Source: Hypanus sabinus (Eukaryota). Taken from it: a stretch of DNA of 64,000 bases. The notes beneath the pieces are model-generated. The model worked only from the letters and a program-made list of their open reading frames with translations, ran no database searches and had not been told where the DNA came from. The translations under genes were made by a program, and so were the position numbers. Position 1 is the first letter of the stretch. Every line of letters begins with the position of its first letter. This document shows positions 37,401 to 49,289 of the stretch, one piece after another. Where the stretch lies: NCBI RefSeq assembly GCF_030144855.1, contig NC_082710.1, positions 152,086,001 through 152,150,000 on the forward strand. The letters run 5' to 3'.

Positions 37401-38737
37401 ACGGTGTGACCTTTTAAGCCAATGATGATGTGTCAGCCTATTTTAAACATGCTCCTTCTGAGTTATGTGGGAAGGAGGGCAACCACTCCAATCCTTCCCT
37501 CCTTCATTGCCTGTAACCCTCCATCTGCCTTTCTCTTAAATATCCTTAATGCACCAACCACAATCATCATCCCTGGCAGAGCATTCCATGCACATCTCCG
37601 TATAAAAATACTATTTCTGACATTTTCACTCGACTTTCCTCCATTCACCTTAAAAGAATGTCATCAGATATTAGGCATGGTCATCCTGGGAGAAAGGTGT
37701 TGGCTGTCCACTCTACTTATACCTCTTATAACTTTATACACTACACCTCTATCAAGTCCGTTCCTGTCCTCCACTCTAAATTAAGAAAGCCCTAGCTTAC
37801 TCAAACTTTCCACATAAGACCTGTTCTCGAATGTATGCAGCATGCAGGTAAATCTTCTCTAAAGCTTGCACACTGTCCTATAATGAGGTGACCAGGAATG
37901 AACACAATATTCTATGTGTGGTCTAACCAGAATTTCATAGAGCTTCAACATTACCTTGTGGCTCTTGAACCCAATCTCTTATCTAATGAATGGTAGTACA
38001 CAATACAACTTCTGAACTTGTGTGGCAACATTGAGAGATCAATGGAGCTGAACCCCAAAATCCTCCGTACTTCCACACTGCTAAAAATTCTGCCATTAAC
38101 AATGACAAGATTTGTACCCACATCAATGAAACTCCTTTTTGATGCTGTCAGCATCCCAAATGATGTTAAGTGTATCCAGATTCAGTTTTGCAGTTGGTGA
38201 AAAGCTGCAGCTGTATGCATTTCCCACTGATTTAGTCCTCAGGGACACTGGACGTTTTCCCGATCTCCAACATCCTGCAGGAGAAGCATGCCATTACCAT
38301 CTTAGTGAATAGCTGGGGAGTACTTTTGAGATTAGGCAGGAAAAAGTGAACAGACAGAGAACAAGTGTTTATGATGGTTCAAATATTATTGAATTACACA
38401 AAGGAAGCACGGATAAAATGTTATAAAACAACCACGGTGTAGTGGAAGGCATGCTCTAAAAACAGAAAATGCTGAAAACAGTCAGTATGTCAGGCTCTAT
38501 CCTTGGAGAAGAAAGAACACAGTCAACATTCCAGCTTAGAACTGAAAAAGGGTGAAACTGACTCAAGTAGCATTTTCTGTTTTCAGTTTAGATATCTAGC
38601 TTCAGCAGTTTTGTTTAAAATTTAATTAACTGTGCTGGTATTGTCTAAGCGGCCACTGAATGTTATCAAAATGTTTGATGTCAACTTGCATCCATTGCCC
38701 TCATGAGAAAGCTAGCATTTGTCTTGTTTAGTTCCAT
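34409..38737 (+). pseudogene. TRIM pseudogene copy 2: mini-exon at 34409, 119-bp exon 35839-35957, only the first 6 nt (38732-38737) of the B30.2 exon
   Basis: The exon encodes CSNLHFNKPQRVPADLSQGAKSGPFQYSMQKQMLKMIDS and differs from copy 1 at 8 of 119 nt. The acceptor tttag|TTCCAT is homologous to 8801-8807 and is followed directly by a CR1 tail. Confidence 0.85.
36020..36530 (-). mobile_element. 5'-truncated CR1 insertion specific to block 2
   Basis: LYTLELRSLRGDLIEMFK and FFSQRVLEVWNALP motifs; CTATTGT tail at about 36020; absent at the equivalent site in block 1 (about 6413). Confidence 0.9.
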
Positions 38738-40443
38738 GGAACCATAGAACATTACAGCACAGAAACAGGCCTTTTGGCCCTTCTTGGCTGTCCCTAACCA
38801 TTTTTCTGCCTAGTCCCACTGACCTGCACCTCAACCATATCCCTCTATACACCTCTCATCCATATACCTGTCCAAGTTCTTCTTAAATGTTTTAAGTGAG
38901 CCTGCATTTAGCACTTCAGCTGGAAGCTCAATCCACACTCCCACCACTCTGCGTGAAGAAGCACTATGTTCCCTTTAATCTTTTTCCCCTTCACCGTTAA
39001 CCCATGTCCTGTATTTTTCCTCCCCTAGCCTCAGTGGAAAAAGGCTGCTTACATTCACACTATCTATACCCATCATATTTTATTTACCTCTATCAAATCT
39101 CCCCTCATTCTTCTACGCTGCAGAGAATAAAGTCCTAACATATTTAGCTTTTCTCTGTAACTCAGTTTCTCAAGTCTAGGCAACTTCCTTGTAAACCTTC
39201 TCTGCACTCTTTCAACGTTATTAATATCCTTCCTGTAACTTGGTGAACAAAACTGCACACAATACTCCAAATTCGGCCTCATCAATGCCTTATACAACCT
39301 CACCATAACATTCAAACTCTTATACTCAATACTTAAATTTATGAAAGCCAATGTACCAAAAGCTCTCTTTTCTACCATATCTACCTGTGACGCCACTGTT
39401 AGGGAATTTTGTGTCTATATTCCCAGATCCCTCTGTTCTACTGCACTCATCAGTGCCCTACCATTTACCTTATATGTTCTACCTTGATTTTTCCTTCCAA
39501 AGTGCAATACCTCACACTTGGCTGTATTAAACTCCATCTGCCATTTTTCAGCTCATTATTCCAGTTGGTCCAAATCCCTCAGCAAGCTTTGGAAACCTTC
39601 CTTGCTGTCTACTACACCTCAAATCTTTGTATCATCAGCAACTTTGCTGATGCAATTTACCACATTCATCTGGATCATTGAAAGAGATGACAAATAACAA
39701 TGGACCCAGCACTGATCTCTGTGGCACACCACTAGTCACAGGCCTCCACTCAGAAGCTATCATCCATTACCACTCTCTGACTTCTCCCATTGAGCCAACT
39801 AATCCAATTTATGACCTCACCATGTCTATCTAGCGACTGAATCTTCCTAATTAACCTCTCATGCACGGCCTTGTCAAAGGCCTTACTGAAGTTCATGTAG
39901 ACAACGTCCACTGCTTTCCTTTCATCCACTTTCCTTGTAACCTCCTCTAAAAGCTCTAAACATGACCTAGCAAACACATGACCTACCATGTTTACTCTCC
40001 TGTCTGTCTCCTGTAAGTCCCTGTCTATCTAAATATTTGTAGATCCAATCTCTTAGTACTCCTTCCAATAATTTACCCTCTACCAAAATCAAAATTACTG
40101 GGTTATAATTTCCCAGATTGCTTTTAGAGACTCTTTTATACTATGGAACAACATGAGCTCTCCTCCAATCCTTCGGCACCTCACGGGTAAATACCAATGT
40201 TTTAAATATATCTTAAATATTTCCCCTGCAATTTCCACACTAGCCTCCTTCAAGGTCTGACCGAAAACCCTGTCAGGTCCTGGCGATTTATGTACTCTGA
40301 TATGCCGCAAGATTGCAAGCACCTCCTCCTCCTCAGTCTGCATAGGTTCCATGACCTCACTACTCGTTTGCCTTGTGTCCATAGACTCCATGCCAGTTTC
40401 CTTAGTAAATACAGATGCAATAAAACCATTTAAGATCTCTCCA
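38738..40443 (-). mobile_element. CR1 LINE (RT with internal deletions plus 3' tail) abutting the TRIM copy 2 B30.2 acceptor
   Basis: ALMRPNLEYCVQF and VDVVYMNFSKAFDK motifs; GTTCTATG tail at about 38740. Confidence 0.9.
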
Positions 40444-41442
40444 GAGATCATGGGTCTGGAGACTGTCTTCCCTAGATTTATGCAGTCGAGGAAACCAGTG
40501 TGTTTCATCGTGGGGGCTCGTCCGGGATCTATTATGTTGGATGAAGTGTCATTGTCCTGAGCATTGATCAAGTGGATTGCATGTTTACATCTGTGTTTAA
40601 CTATTGGTAGGTAAAGTGATTGCAATGCATGGTTATGGATGCTGCAGTGGTGGAACGAAGATTTGATAACATGGGTTGCAAAGGCTTTGTTTTAGTTCAG
40701 ACTAACACTGATGTAATGGCAGTAAAACTGTCTGGTACCATTGTAGCCCCAGGAGTGGGTTGCTATGAGCTGTCCATACTTTCTGGAGGAGGGGAGTGAA
40801 GACGAACATGTTGAAATGGTATCAGAGTTTCCCACAGCTGGGGAGCAGAGATTTAAAAACAAGTTGTTCTTGCTTCTGTAGAGCGAGCAGAAGGAGTGGT
40901 CTGATGTAGAGGGTCTTCCTTCAAGGGCTGAGCATTCTGAGATGGTAGCGGGCCTCACCTCCCTGGTGAATAAATGGCAAAATGCCCAGGTTCAAAGTTA
41001 TCAGGAATGAAACCCACCCTTAAAGGGGAAAAGGAGGTATGATCAAAAAGTTTGGTTCTCCCACCTCATGCCTGGAGACCAAGTCCAATTTGAGGCAAAC
41101 TGGGAAGCATAAGTTGGCTGCCTGCTGGGTGGCTATGCCCTATGTAGTAGAGAGTCCAATGCCAAATGTGTCAGTTTTCTGGGTGAAAGCAAAGGATGGG
41201 AATCGGTTTGTTAAGTTTCTCCATCCGAACCACATTCTATCTCTGGGAAAATAAGTGCATGTTGACCCAAAGCTTGACCTGGACCCTACACCTAGTAACA
41301 GTACTCTGTGGCAACATGGAGACACTGAAGGATCAGCAGCAGGAAGAATTAGACCGGCCCCCACCCCTGAATGGGATGCGGATTGGGAGGATGAGATAAT
41401 GGGGGTATGGTATATGCTGCCTTTTGCTAACGTGTTTAACTG
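40444..41442 (+). mobile_element. Heavily deleted Gypsy element with PNMA-type gag: LTR U5 remnant, PBS, gag/protease scraps and 3' region
   Basis: The LTR end ...GTGTTTCA (40507) is followed by a perfect PBS. Degenerate translation gives FVLVQTNTDV...APG, FKNKLFLLL and LSGMKPTLKGEKE, resembling the PNMA/Gypsy RxFSGxxPxxxGEE motif. Confidence 0.7.
40511..40528 (+). other. Primer-binding site complementary to the 3' 18 nt of tRNA-Pro
   Basis: Exact TGGGGGCTCGTCCGGGAT, 3 nt after an LTR-terminal CA. Confidence 0.92.
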
Positions 41443-42540
41443 AGAAACAGTTTCCAAACCCCTCTCCCACTGAGGCTGGTGAAATCAGGGGTCTTTCTGT
41501 CTCAAACGCATCTCTCCCATTTCCTGCACATCTGCCCTCACCCCATCCACCCGCCATCCCACTCGGGTTAGGGTTCCCCTTGTCCTTACCTACCACCCCA
41601 CCAGCCTCCAGGTCCAACATATAATTCTCCGTAACTTCTGCCACCTCCAACGGGATCCCACTACCAAACACATTTTTCCCTACCCCCCTTTCTGCTTTTT
41701 GCAGGGATCGCTCCCTACGCAACTCCCTTGTCCACTCGTCCCCCCCCCCCCCATCCCTTCCCACCGATCTCCCTCTTGGCACTTATCCTTATAAACGGAA
41801 CAAGTGCTACACCTGCTCTTACACTTCCTCCCTCACCACCATTCAGGGCCCCAGACAGTCCTTCCAGGTGAGGCGACTCTTCACCTGTGAGTCGGCTGGT
41901 GTGGTATACTGTGTCCGGTGCTCCCGGTGTGGTCTTTTATACATTGATGAGACCCAAAGCAGACTGGGAGACCGTTTCGCGGAACACCTACCCTCAGTCC
42001 GCCAGAGAAAGCAGGATCTCCAAGTGGCCACACATTTTAATTCCACATCCCATTCCCATTCTGATATGTCTATGCATGACCTCCTCTATTGTCAAAATGA
42101 ATCCAAACTCAGGTTGGAGGAACAACATCTTATGTACCGGCTGGGTAGCTTCCAACCTGATGGCATGAACATTGACTTCTCTAACTTCCGTTAATGCCCC
42201 TCCTCCCCTTCTGACCCCATCCCTGACATATTTAGTTATTTGCCTGTTCTCCATCTCCCTCTGGTGCTCCCCCCTCCTTTCTTTCTCTTAAGTCCTCACG
42301 TCCCATGATCCTTTGCCTTCTCCATCTCTGTATCACTTTCACCAATCACCCTTCCAGCTCTTAGCTTCATCCCACCCCCTCCAGTCTTCTCCTATCATTT
42401 TGCATTTCCCCCTACCACCACTACTTTCAAATCACTTACTATCTTTCCTTTCGGTTAGTCCTGACGAAGGGTCAACAGCACTTCTCCCTGCAGATGCTGC
42501 CTGGCCTGCTGCATTCTACCAGCATTTTGTGTGTGTTGTT
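41443..42540 (+). mobile_element. Penelope-like element 3' part: GIY-YIG endonuclease plus terminal repeat
   Basis: FTCESAGVVYCVRCSRCGLLYIDET...RFAEHL...HFN...EEQHL...LGSFQPDGMN, with the canonical YIGET changed to YIDET. Confidence 0.92.
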
Positions 42541-43099
42541 CAGTAGGGACAGTTTATGTTGCCAATCACTTAGGCAACTAATCAACATGGACTTAACCAA
42601 CTGTATAGGTTACCTAAATAAGCCAGAAGGTAAGGTAACACATGGCCCTGGTATAGTAAACAGAGAATATCAGCACAGGTGAAGGCAAAAGCAAAGGTGG
42701 ATATCAATTTGTTCATGCCAGCAAGTCTAAGGGGAATTTGTGAAATGATCAATTGGTTTATATACAGTTACAACTTAGAATGTATTTTGTTAAAGAAGTT
42801 GTGGTAATAATTAATATGGTTCTGGAAATAGCTCTGTGTATTGAAAAGAAACAGTTTGCACTGTGAAATTAACCAATAATCTGATTTCTTAAGTTTCAAA
42901 TAAACACAGGATTAAAATAACACTGACAAAATAAACTGACAGCAATTTTATTGAAATAAGATGGAAGATTGATTTTCTATGGTCTATGCAAAAGCTCTAG
43001 CAAAGATATTTTATAAACTACATTGGCTCCAGCTTCAGGTTGTATCGGTGTTCAACATTTAACTTATTTAACCCTTTATTGTGATGGTTTTGGTTGAGA

Positions 43100-43330
43100 A
43101 GAGAAGGAAAATAGGAGTGGGAACAGGATACATGGCAATACTGGAGGAACTAAGAAGGCCAGACAGCATCTATGGGAAAATGTACAGTTGATGTTTCGAG
43201 CTGAGACCCTTCGGCAGGGTTCTGTATTTTTCCCCCATAGATGCTGCCTGGCCTGCTGAATTCTTGCAGCATTTTTTTGCATGAATCTTCAATTTCCAGC
43301 ATCTGCATATTTTCTCTTGTTTGTGACAGG
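43100..43330. repeat. Penelope-derived short repeat with inverted arms (family also at about 27855, 31865, 48770 and 61240)
   Basis: CCAGACAGCATCTATGGG and CCCATAGATGCTGCCTGG arms flank a degenerate hammerhead-like core. Confidence 0.75.
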
Positions 43331-43719
43331 ATAGATGGAATATTTTTCATTTGTGTTTGACTATTTTAAATGTGTGATGTCAGTAACAAAGAGTAAGCAC
43401 CGTGAAAGAATTAACATTGTTCAAATAGGGTCAATTTTGACAGCATAAAGTTTGCAGTGCCCATTACTGTAGTCCCTATGGTAGTACTTCAACATGAAAT
43501 AATGTACTGATAACTACTTCTGAAATGCCCCAAATAGTTTATTCAGGTAATTTTAAAATGTCCCAATATCTGTATTAGCTTTATTGAAACAATTTTATTA
43601 TGAACACGTGGGAGAGAACTTGTACTGAAGTATCATAATTAAAGAGACTCGATCTCAAATTTGAAGATGTATTACATTTTACTTCAACTTCACTTTCCAT
43701 GATTTAAAACAAAATAAAT

Positions 43720-44455
43720 TGAAGGAATTTTTAATAGCTTTCACTAATGTTTCTCTGAATTTAACCAAAGCCACCACATAAGTAAATGCATACACAAACT
43801 TAGACACTGAAGCATATACCCAGTGTGTTCCATGATATCGAATGGTTTATTACAATCTGTAAGTGTAAACTGAAAATTGTGCACATATGTACTGCATAGA
43901 CGTTACCAACCGAAACATAGTAAAACAGCTAGAGACAGAGAGAAGCAATCTGATTGAATTCCTGCAGTTTACAAGCTACAAGTTTACAGTTTGCAAGCTT
44001 CCCCACTTCCATCTCCCCACGTCAATTCCTTATCTTATTGACCCGTAATATATGCTGGATGGTCAGAGCATTAAAGAGCACAGCAAATGAAAATGGCGCA
44101 AAAGATGTTAAGGCGATGTCTAAAAAGGAAGTATACAATCTAAGTTGGCAAATTATATGGATGAGACCACTTTGCAAAACTAGAGAGCATTGCAAACAAA
44201 TTCCGAAGAGTTCATTTTCAAAGTTAATTGTCATATTTTGGACAAAACAAAATCCAATTTTAATCATTATAACCATTGCTGTAGTTTCCTCAGCATAATA
44301 CTGTAGTATTCTCTCAGGCTCTGCCAACAAATGGCATTGAATTGATCACAGAGCAGTCCAAGGCTGTAAAAACCAGAGTGATCTTGAGGCTGCACATGGA
44401 AAACACATGCCATTTGTTGTGTTTTTAATACTTTAGTTATTAGTGAGTCAGCAGT
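43720..44455 (-). pseudogene. Decayed GPR139-like GPCR exon 2 (TM2/3 to C-terminus)
   Basis: Fragments CSLKITLVFTALDCSV, DQFNAICWQSLR, TAMVI...FCF, IALTSFAPFSFAVLFNALTIQHILRVNKIRN, RNSIRLLLSVS, EHTGYMLQCLS and KFRETLVKAIK are collinear with the intact paralog at 19775-20682. There is a deletion/frameshift in TM3 and a stop after NKIRN. Confidence 0.8.
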
Positions 44456-44681
44456 TGATTAAGCTTTCCTGTTCATTTAAATAATTCATTGCATACATCA
44501 CCACACTATTACAGAATACACAAGATAATTGCTTAAAGAAGTAGCTGCACCCTTTTTTTGTACTCCTTTGTCTTCCTTTGAATTAGTTTAATATTTTGAA
44601 TTTATAAAGCGTGACATGATTCATCTCATATAATATTACATCAAATGTTATTACCATTTGATCTCCCACAACCATTGCAAC

Positions 44682-45292
44682 TGTAATGCCCTAGTTCAGA
44701 TTTTGTTACTATTATGCTGCTCTGAATTTCATTTTTGTTGTTCATTGCAAGCTACTTGTTTGGGTTACTGTTGAAGATAAGAGATAGAAGAATTGTGTGC
44801 CATCCAATTAAGATGGCCAGATTAAGGGGACGTTTCTCTGATGTGGGATACTAAATTTGGGTTTGGAGCTTTTGTTATGGAGAAGAAGACAGAATATGCA
44901 GGGGGAAATGGTCATAGGGTTCCACCCTGAGCGGGGCCATGATTTGACAAAGCCCGGGCTTAAATCGAAGGAGGATTGACAAAGGGAAAACCGTGAGCTC
45001 CAACTTTTACATATTAGACTGTTTTATTAAAATGGGCTTCTTAACTTGTTTTGTTCTTTCGTTACGAACCTTTCAGTCAAATTAAGAATTATAAAGCTAT
45101 TTTTTCTTTTAAATTGTGTGTGGTGTACTGTCTGTTGTTTCATGACACTTACTTGTAACAGGGTAACGAATCACGCAGTATCCACAGGAACAGGGGGTTT
45201 AGAGTTGGGCTCGTGCCTCAATCTCACAGGTTTGGTGGGGTCAGAGATTGCCTTCCCCAGATTTACATAGCCTACGGAACCAGAGTGTTTCA
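44682..45292 (+). mobile_element. Solo Gypsy LTR (611 bp) with 4-bp TSD CAAC
   Basis: TGTAA...TTTCA termini; CAAC at 44678-44681 and 45293-45296. The 3' end is homologous to the LTR remnant preceding the PBS at 40444-40507, which gives the orientation. Confidence 0.9.
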
Positions 45293-45814
45293 CAACCATA
45301 TAACGAGTGAGGCATTTTGAAAGCAAACACGACCAAATCGGCAGATGCTGGAAATTCAAGCAACACACACAAAATGCTGATAGAACACAACAGGTCAGGC
45401 AGCATCTATAATGAGATTGAGTTGTGAGCCTGCTTTCGGCACCTCCTGCCCGAAACCCATTTGTGTGGATGCTGTGTAACTCGTTACCCTGTTACAAGTT
45501 AATGCCATGAAATAACAGACAGTACACTGTATACAATTAAAGTAAATATTTATGAATCTTAACTAAAGGGTTAGTAAAGAATAACAAAAATAAAAGGGCA
45601 TAATCCAATTAAATGGTCAAATGTGCATAAGTTGGAGCTCATCTTGATCTTCTCTGTCACTCCCATGCTGGACCCTCAGTCAACGTGAAAGCACACATCA
45701 CATTCCGAACATTGCTCACAACCCATCTCAATCAAACAGGTCTCCCACTGGATCACATGTTACAATCAGTTCTTCCCAGTGTCTTTTCTCTTCATCTCCC
45801 CTCAAACAAAATCC

Positions 45815-46640
45815 CAAGACCAACCATATTGTCCCTCTCAGGAGGGCACAGAGCAACCACTCCCCTCTGAACATCGACAGCTCCTTGGTAGAAATCGTAA
45901 AGAGCACCAAATTTCTTGGTGTTCACCTGATGGAGAATCTCATTTGGTCCTTTAACACCAGCTCCATAGCAAAGAAAGCCCAGCAGCATCTCTGCTTTCT
46001 GTGAAGGCTGAGGAAAGTCCATCTCCCACCTCCCATCCTCATCACATTCTTCAGGGGTTGTATTGAGAGCATCCTGAACAGCTGCATCACTGCCTGGTTC
46101 AGAAATTGCACTATCACAGATTGCAAGACACTGCAGCGGATAGTGAGGTCAGCTGAGAAGATCATCGGGGTCTCTCTTCCTGCCATCATGGCCATTTACA
46201 CTACATTTACGTTTGCATCCACAAAGGAAACAGCATTATGAAGGACTCCATGCACCCCTCATACAATCTCTTCTCCCTTCAGCTGTCTGGGAAAAGGCTC
46301 TGAAGCATTCGGGCTCTCACGACCAGACTACGCAACAGTTTCTTCCCCCAAGCTATCAGACTTCTCAATACCCAGAGCCTGGACTGACACCTTGCCCTAT
46401 TGTCCTGTTTATTATTTATTGTAATGCCTGCACTGTTTTTGTGCACTTTATGCAGTCCTGTGTAGGTCTGTAGTCTAGTGTAGCTTGCTCTGTATAATTT
46501 TATTTATTCATTTAATTTTGTTTATACATAGTTCAGTCTAGTTTTTGTACTGTGTCATGAAACACCATGGTCCTGAAAAATTTTGTCTCATTTTCACTAT
46601 GTACTGTACCAGCAGTTATGGTTGAAATGACATAAGTGAC
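45815..46640 (+). mobile_element. Rex1/Babar LINE 3' part
   Basis: [18 protein letters not shown] and [14 protein letters not shown] motifs; AT-rich 3' UTR ending TGACTTGAC. Confidence 0.85.
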
Positions 46641-46912
46641 TTGACTCTCCATGAAAAACCTCCCATTAATTGGATGGCACACATTCCACATCATCCCTTT
46701 AATACAACAATAACCCAAACAAGCTGAAAGCAAAACAGCTCTTACACAGCTGCTAAATGAAATACCTACAACATAACAGAAAAAGGTGTGAACCAGGGCA
46801 CTATGGTGCTATTTTACACAACAGCACAACATATTTGATTAAAATGTCTTCCGAGTTCTGGAAGTTTACTATAGTTCATTCCATGTTCTTCAGTTCTTGC
46901 ATTCCAACTTAC

Positions 46913-48332
46913 ATGTGAGATGTAGCTTGTTCAGGAGCTGATTGGCAGTTCACACTGGTGTGCTTGAATGCTTTCATAATCTGAGGAGTGAAGCCAAATA
47001 TTAGACAAGCCAGAAATGTTAGAGTAGAGCAAAACACTGAGAAAGATGACAGTTTCTCATCTCTTCTGATGTTCCTTCATCTCGTGTCACTATTAAAGTA
47101 TTCATCTTCATTTTATACTCTTAATACTGTTTAAATTAAATATTTGACAAACTTCTGCCTTTCCCAAACACAAGGCAAAAGGCCTAATGCCATGAAAATT
47201 ACATAAATTGTTTGAAGTGATTTATAATGTACAATATTGTAAAAAAAATAAAACAGCCAGGCATAAAGAATAGACTGTTCTATGAAATACAGAGAATTTA
47301 ACTGAGTGTCCACCTGTAATGATCTTCATCAGATCTTAGTATCTCATTCCATTTGTTTGCTGGGTTGTACTTGAACACTAGCTTCACTCCGATACATTTT
47401 TGTCAGCTTCACTATTTTGGCAATATCTGATTTCAACCATCAATAAAAGTGGACTTCAAGGGTCCATATGTAGTTGTCCTCTATGTTTATTATCATCTTT
47501 CTTGTAACAAAGAAAATCACTTGCAGTCACTTCAATCATACATTAATTTTCAGCTGATGCAAAAGCATTTCAATAAAATTTGCACTTCACACATTTGATT
47601 TTATACTGTAGTATCCAGTACAATGAACTTTATCACTAGGGTGAAAAGTGAGAACCAATTCCTTGCCAATTTTGATTCTTATAAATTTCAATCCTGCAAA
47701 TAACAAAATGCTTATAGGCATGAAATCATTGATAGATTTTACTATTTTATCAGCATTAAGTCTCTAACAATCTGGCATACTCAAGACTTTGGCTACACTG
47801 GAGCAACTGATTTTCAAGACTACTGGATGCAACTTCAAACCCACATTTAATTCACATTTTTTAACATTGCGTGTGTTGGTCAACGAACCCAGCAGTTCAA
47901 AAGGGAGTAGGAAATATCAGAAAATTCCTAACTCCTGACTAGTGTGAAAAATTTATGAGTGAGCCAAATTACGGGCTAGCAAGATTTCTGAACAACCATA
48001 TGCCAAACTTTCAGAGCTTTAATACAAAACTTTTCAGAGCCAACATACGACTTGGCTCTCAGTCCAAGCTGCCATGAGTACAAATCATAGTAGAACTGTA
48101 TCATAGATTACACTAAATTAATTTCAGTCAGTAATAAAATTGCTGGTGGATTAAGGTCTTTGTAGTTTTAAATTCCATTGTCTTCTTGTACGTGTTATAA
48201 TCCTGTTTGTTGTAAACCTCTAGTAAATTGTAGTATATTCTTCTGTAGCACCTGTCTCCAATCAACACCTGCAAAAGCAGTTTTCTTATCTAAACTGGCC
48301 CAAAGCAGTCGCAGAATTAAAAAAAAGTTCAT
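46913..48332 (-). pseudogene. Candidate decayed secreted or receptor gene: leader exon 48269-48332, large exon from 47693, small exon 46913-46980
   Basis: MNFFLILRLLWASLDKKTAFA plus a phase-1 donor; strong acceptor ttttgttatttgcag at 47694; a 68-bp exon with ctcctcag and gtaagt sites; weak Ig-V-like motifs and many stops. Confidence 0.3.
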
Positions 48333-49289
48333 GTGCTCATGCCCCTTTATTGCAGTTGGATGGAATTACAGTGAAATGAGTTTTAAACCAGGCAGCTACA
48401 GCTAAATTCACCTTATTACAATTACAATTCCTTTGTAATTTAGCTACCTTGTTTAATACAGTTTGACTCTATCTGACCTGCACCATAATGAACATTTAAT
48501 AAGCCAGTTACAACCATATGATTTACATCTCACTCCTGATTTGAAGGAACTTTCCAGATTCAACAATGCCAAATTGCATCTCTCAAATAAATTAGGAGAC
48601 ACAAAGGTTATAATTCTGCAACTAAGGAGACTGATCTTTGATTAAGATTTAATACTCCTACAATCTGCATAGCATCCTCTTCGCATATCCCAACTTTTTA
48701 TTCTGAAGCCTCCCCCTTCTTTCAAGTCCAGGAGATAGGTCTCTGCCCAAAATATTGACTATTTATTCACTTCCATAGACGCTACCTGACTTGCTGAGTT
48801 TCTGCAGAATTTTGTGTGTTGTCTTCGTTTTCCAGCAGCTGCAGAATTCTTGTGCTTATGATTTGCTGATTCAGTGCAAAGTCTCAATGGATGCCTATCC
48901 TGACAACGTTTAAATCTACCATTCAATAGGAGTTCAGAGAGACCCTCTCTTGCTACTTCCATGCTGTGATGTCTGCTCTCTGATTCTTTGACCATGTCAT
49001 CATCCAAACTTGCTAGCAGAGTCACAGATCCTTCCTAACCAGATTCCTTAATCTCCAGCCCTTATCTTTCCCACCCATCTGACTTCACCTATCAAGTTAT
49101 AGCTAGCCTACTTTCACTCCCCCAACCTTTTTATTCTGGCATTTTCCCCTTTCCTTTCCAGTCACATCTGATCTCCAAGCTGGGCTCAGCAAAGCCTATT
49201 ACATATAGTAAGCTGTTCATGTTACCACATACAACCCTGTTCAGTATTTCTCTGTGGACATACTGAACAAATCCATGAAACAGTAACTG

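Noticed and set aside
40511-40528. tRNA-Pro-like sequence
   Set aside because: It is only the 18-nt complement of the tRNA 3' end next to an LTR, so it is a PBS and not a tRNA gene.
44682-45292. Treating this LTR as the 3' LTR of the Gypsy relic starting at 40444
   Set aside because: It has its own perfect TSD (CAAC), is noticeably diverged from the 40444-40507 remnant, and unrelated DNA, including a GPCR pseudogene, lies between them.
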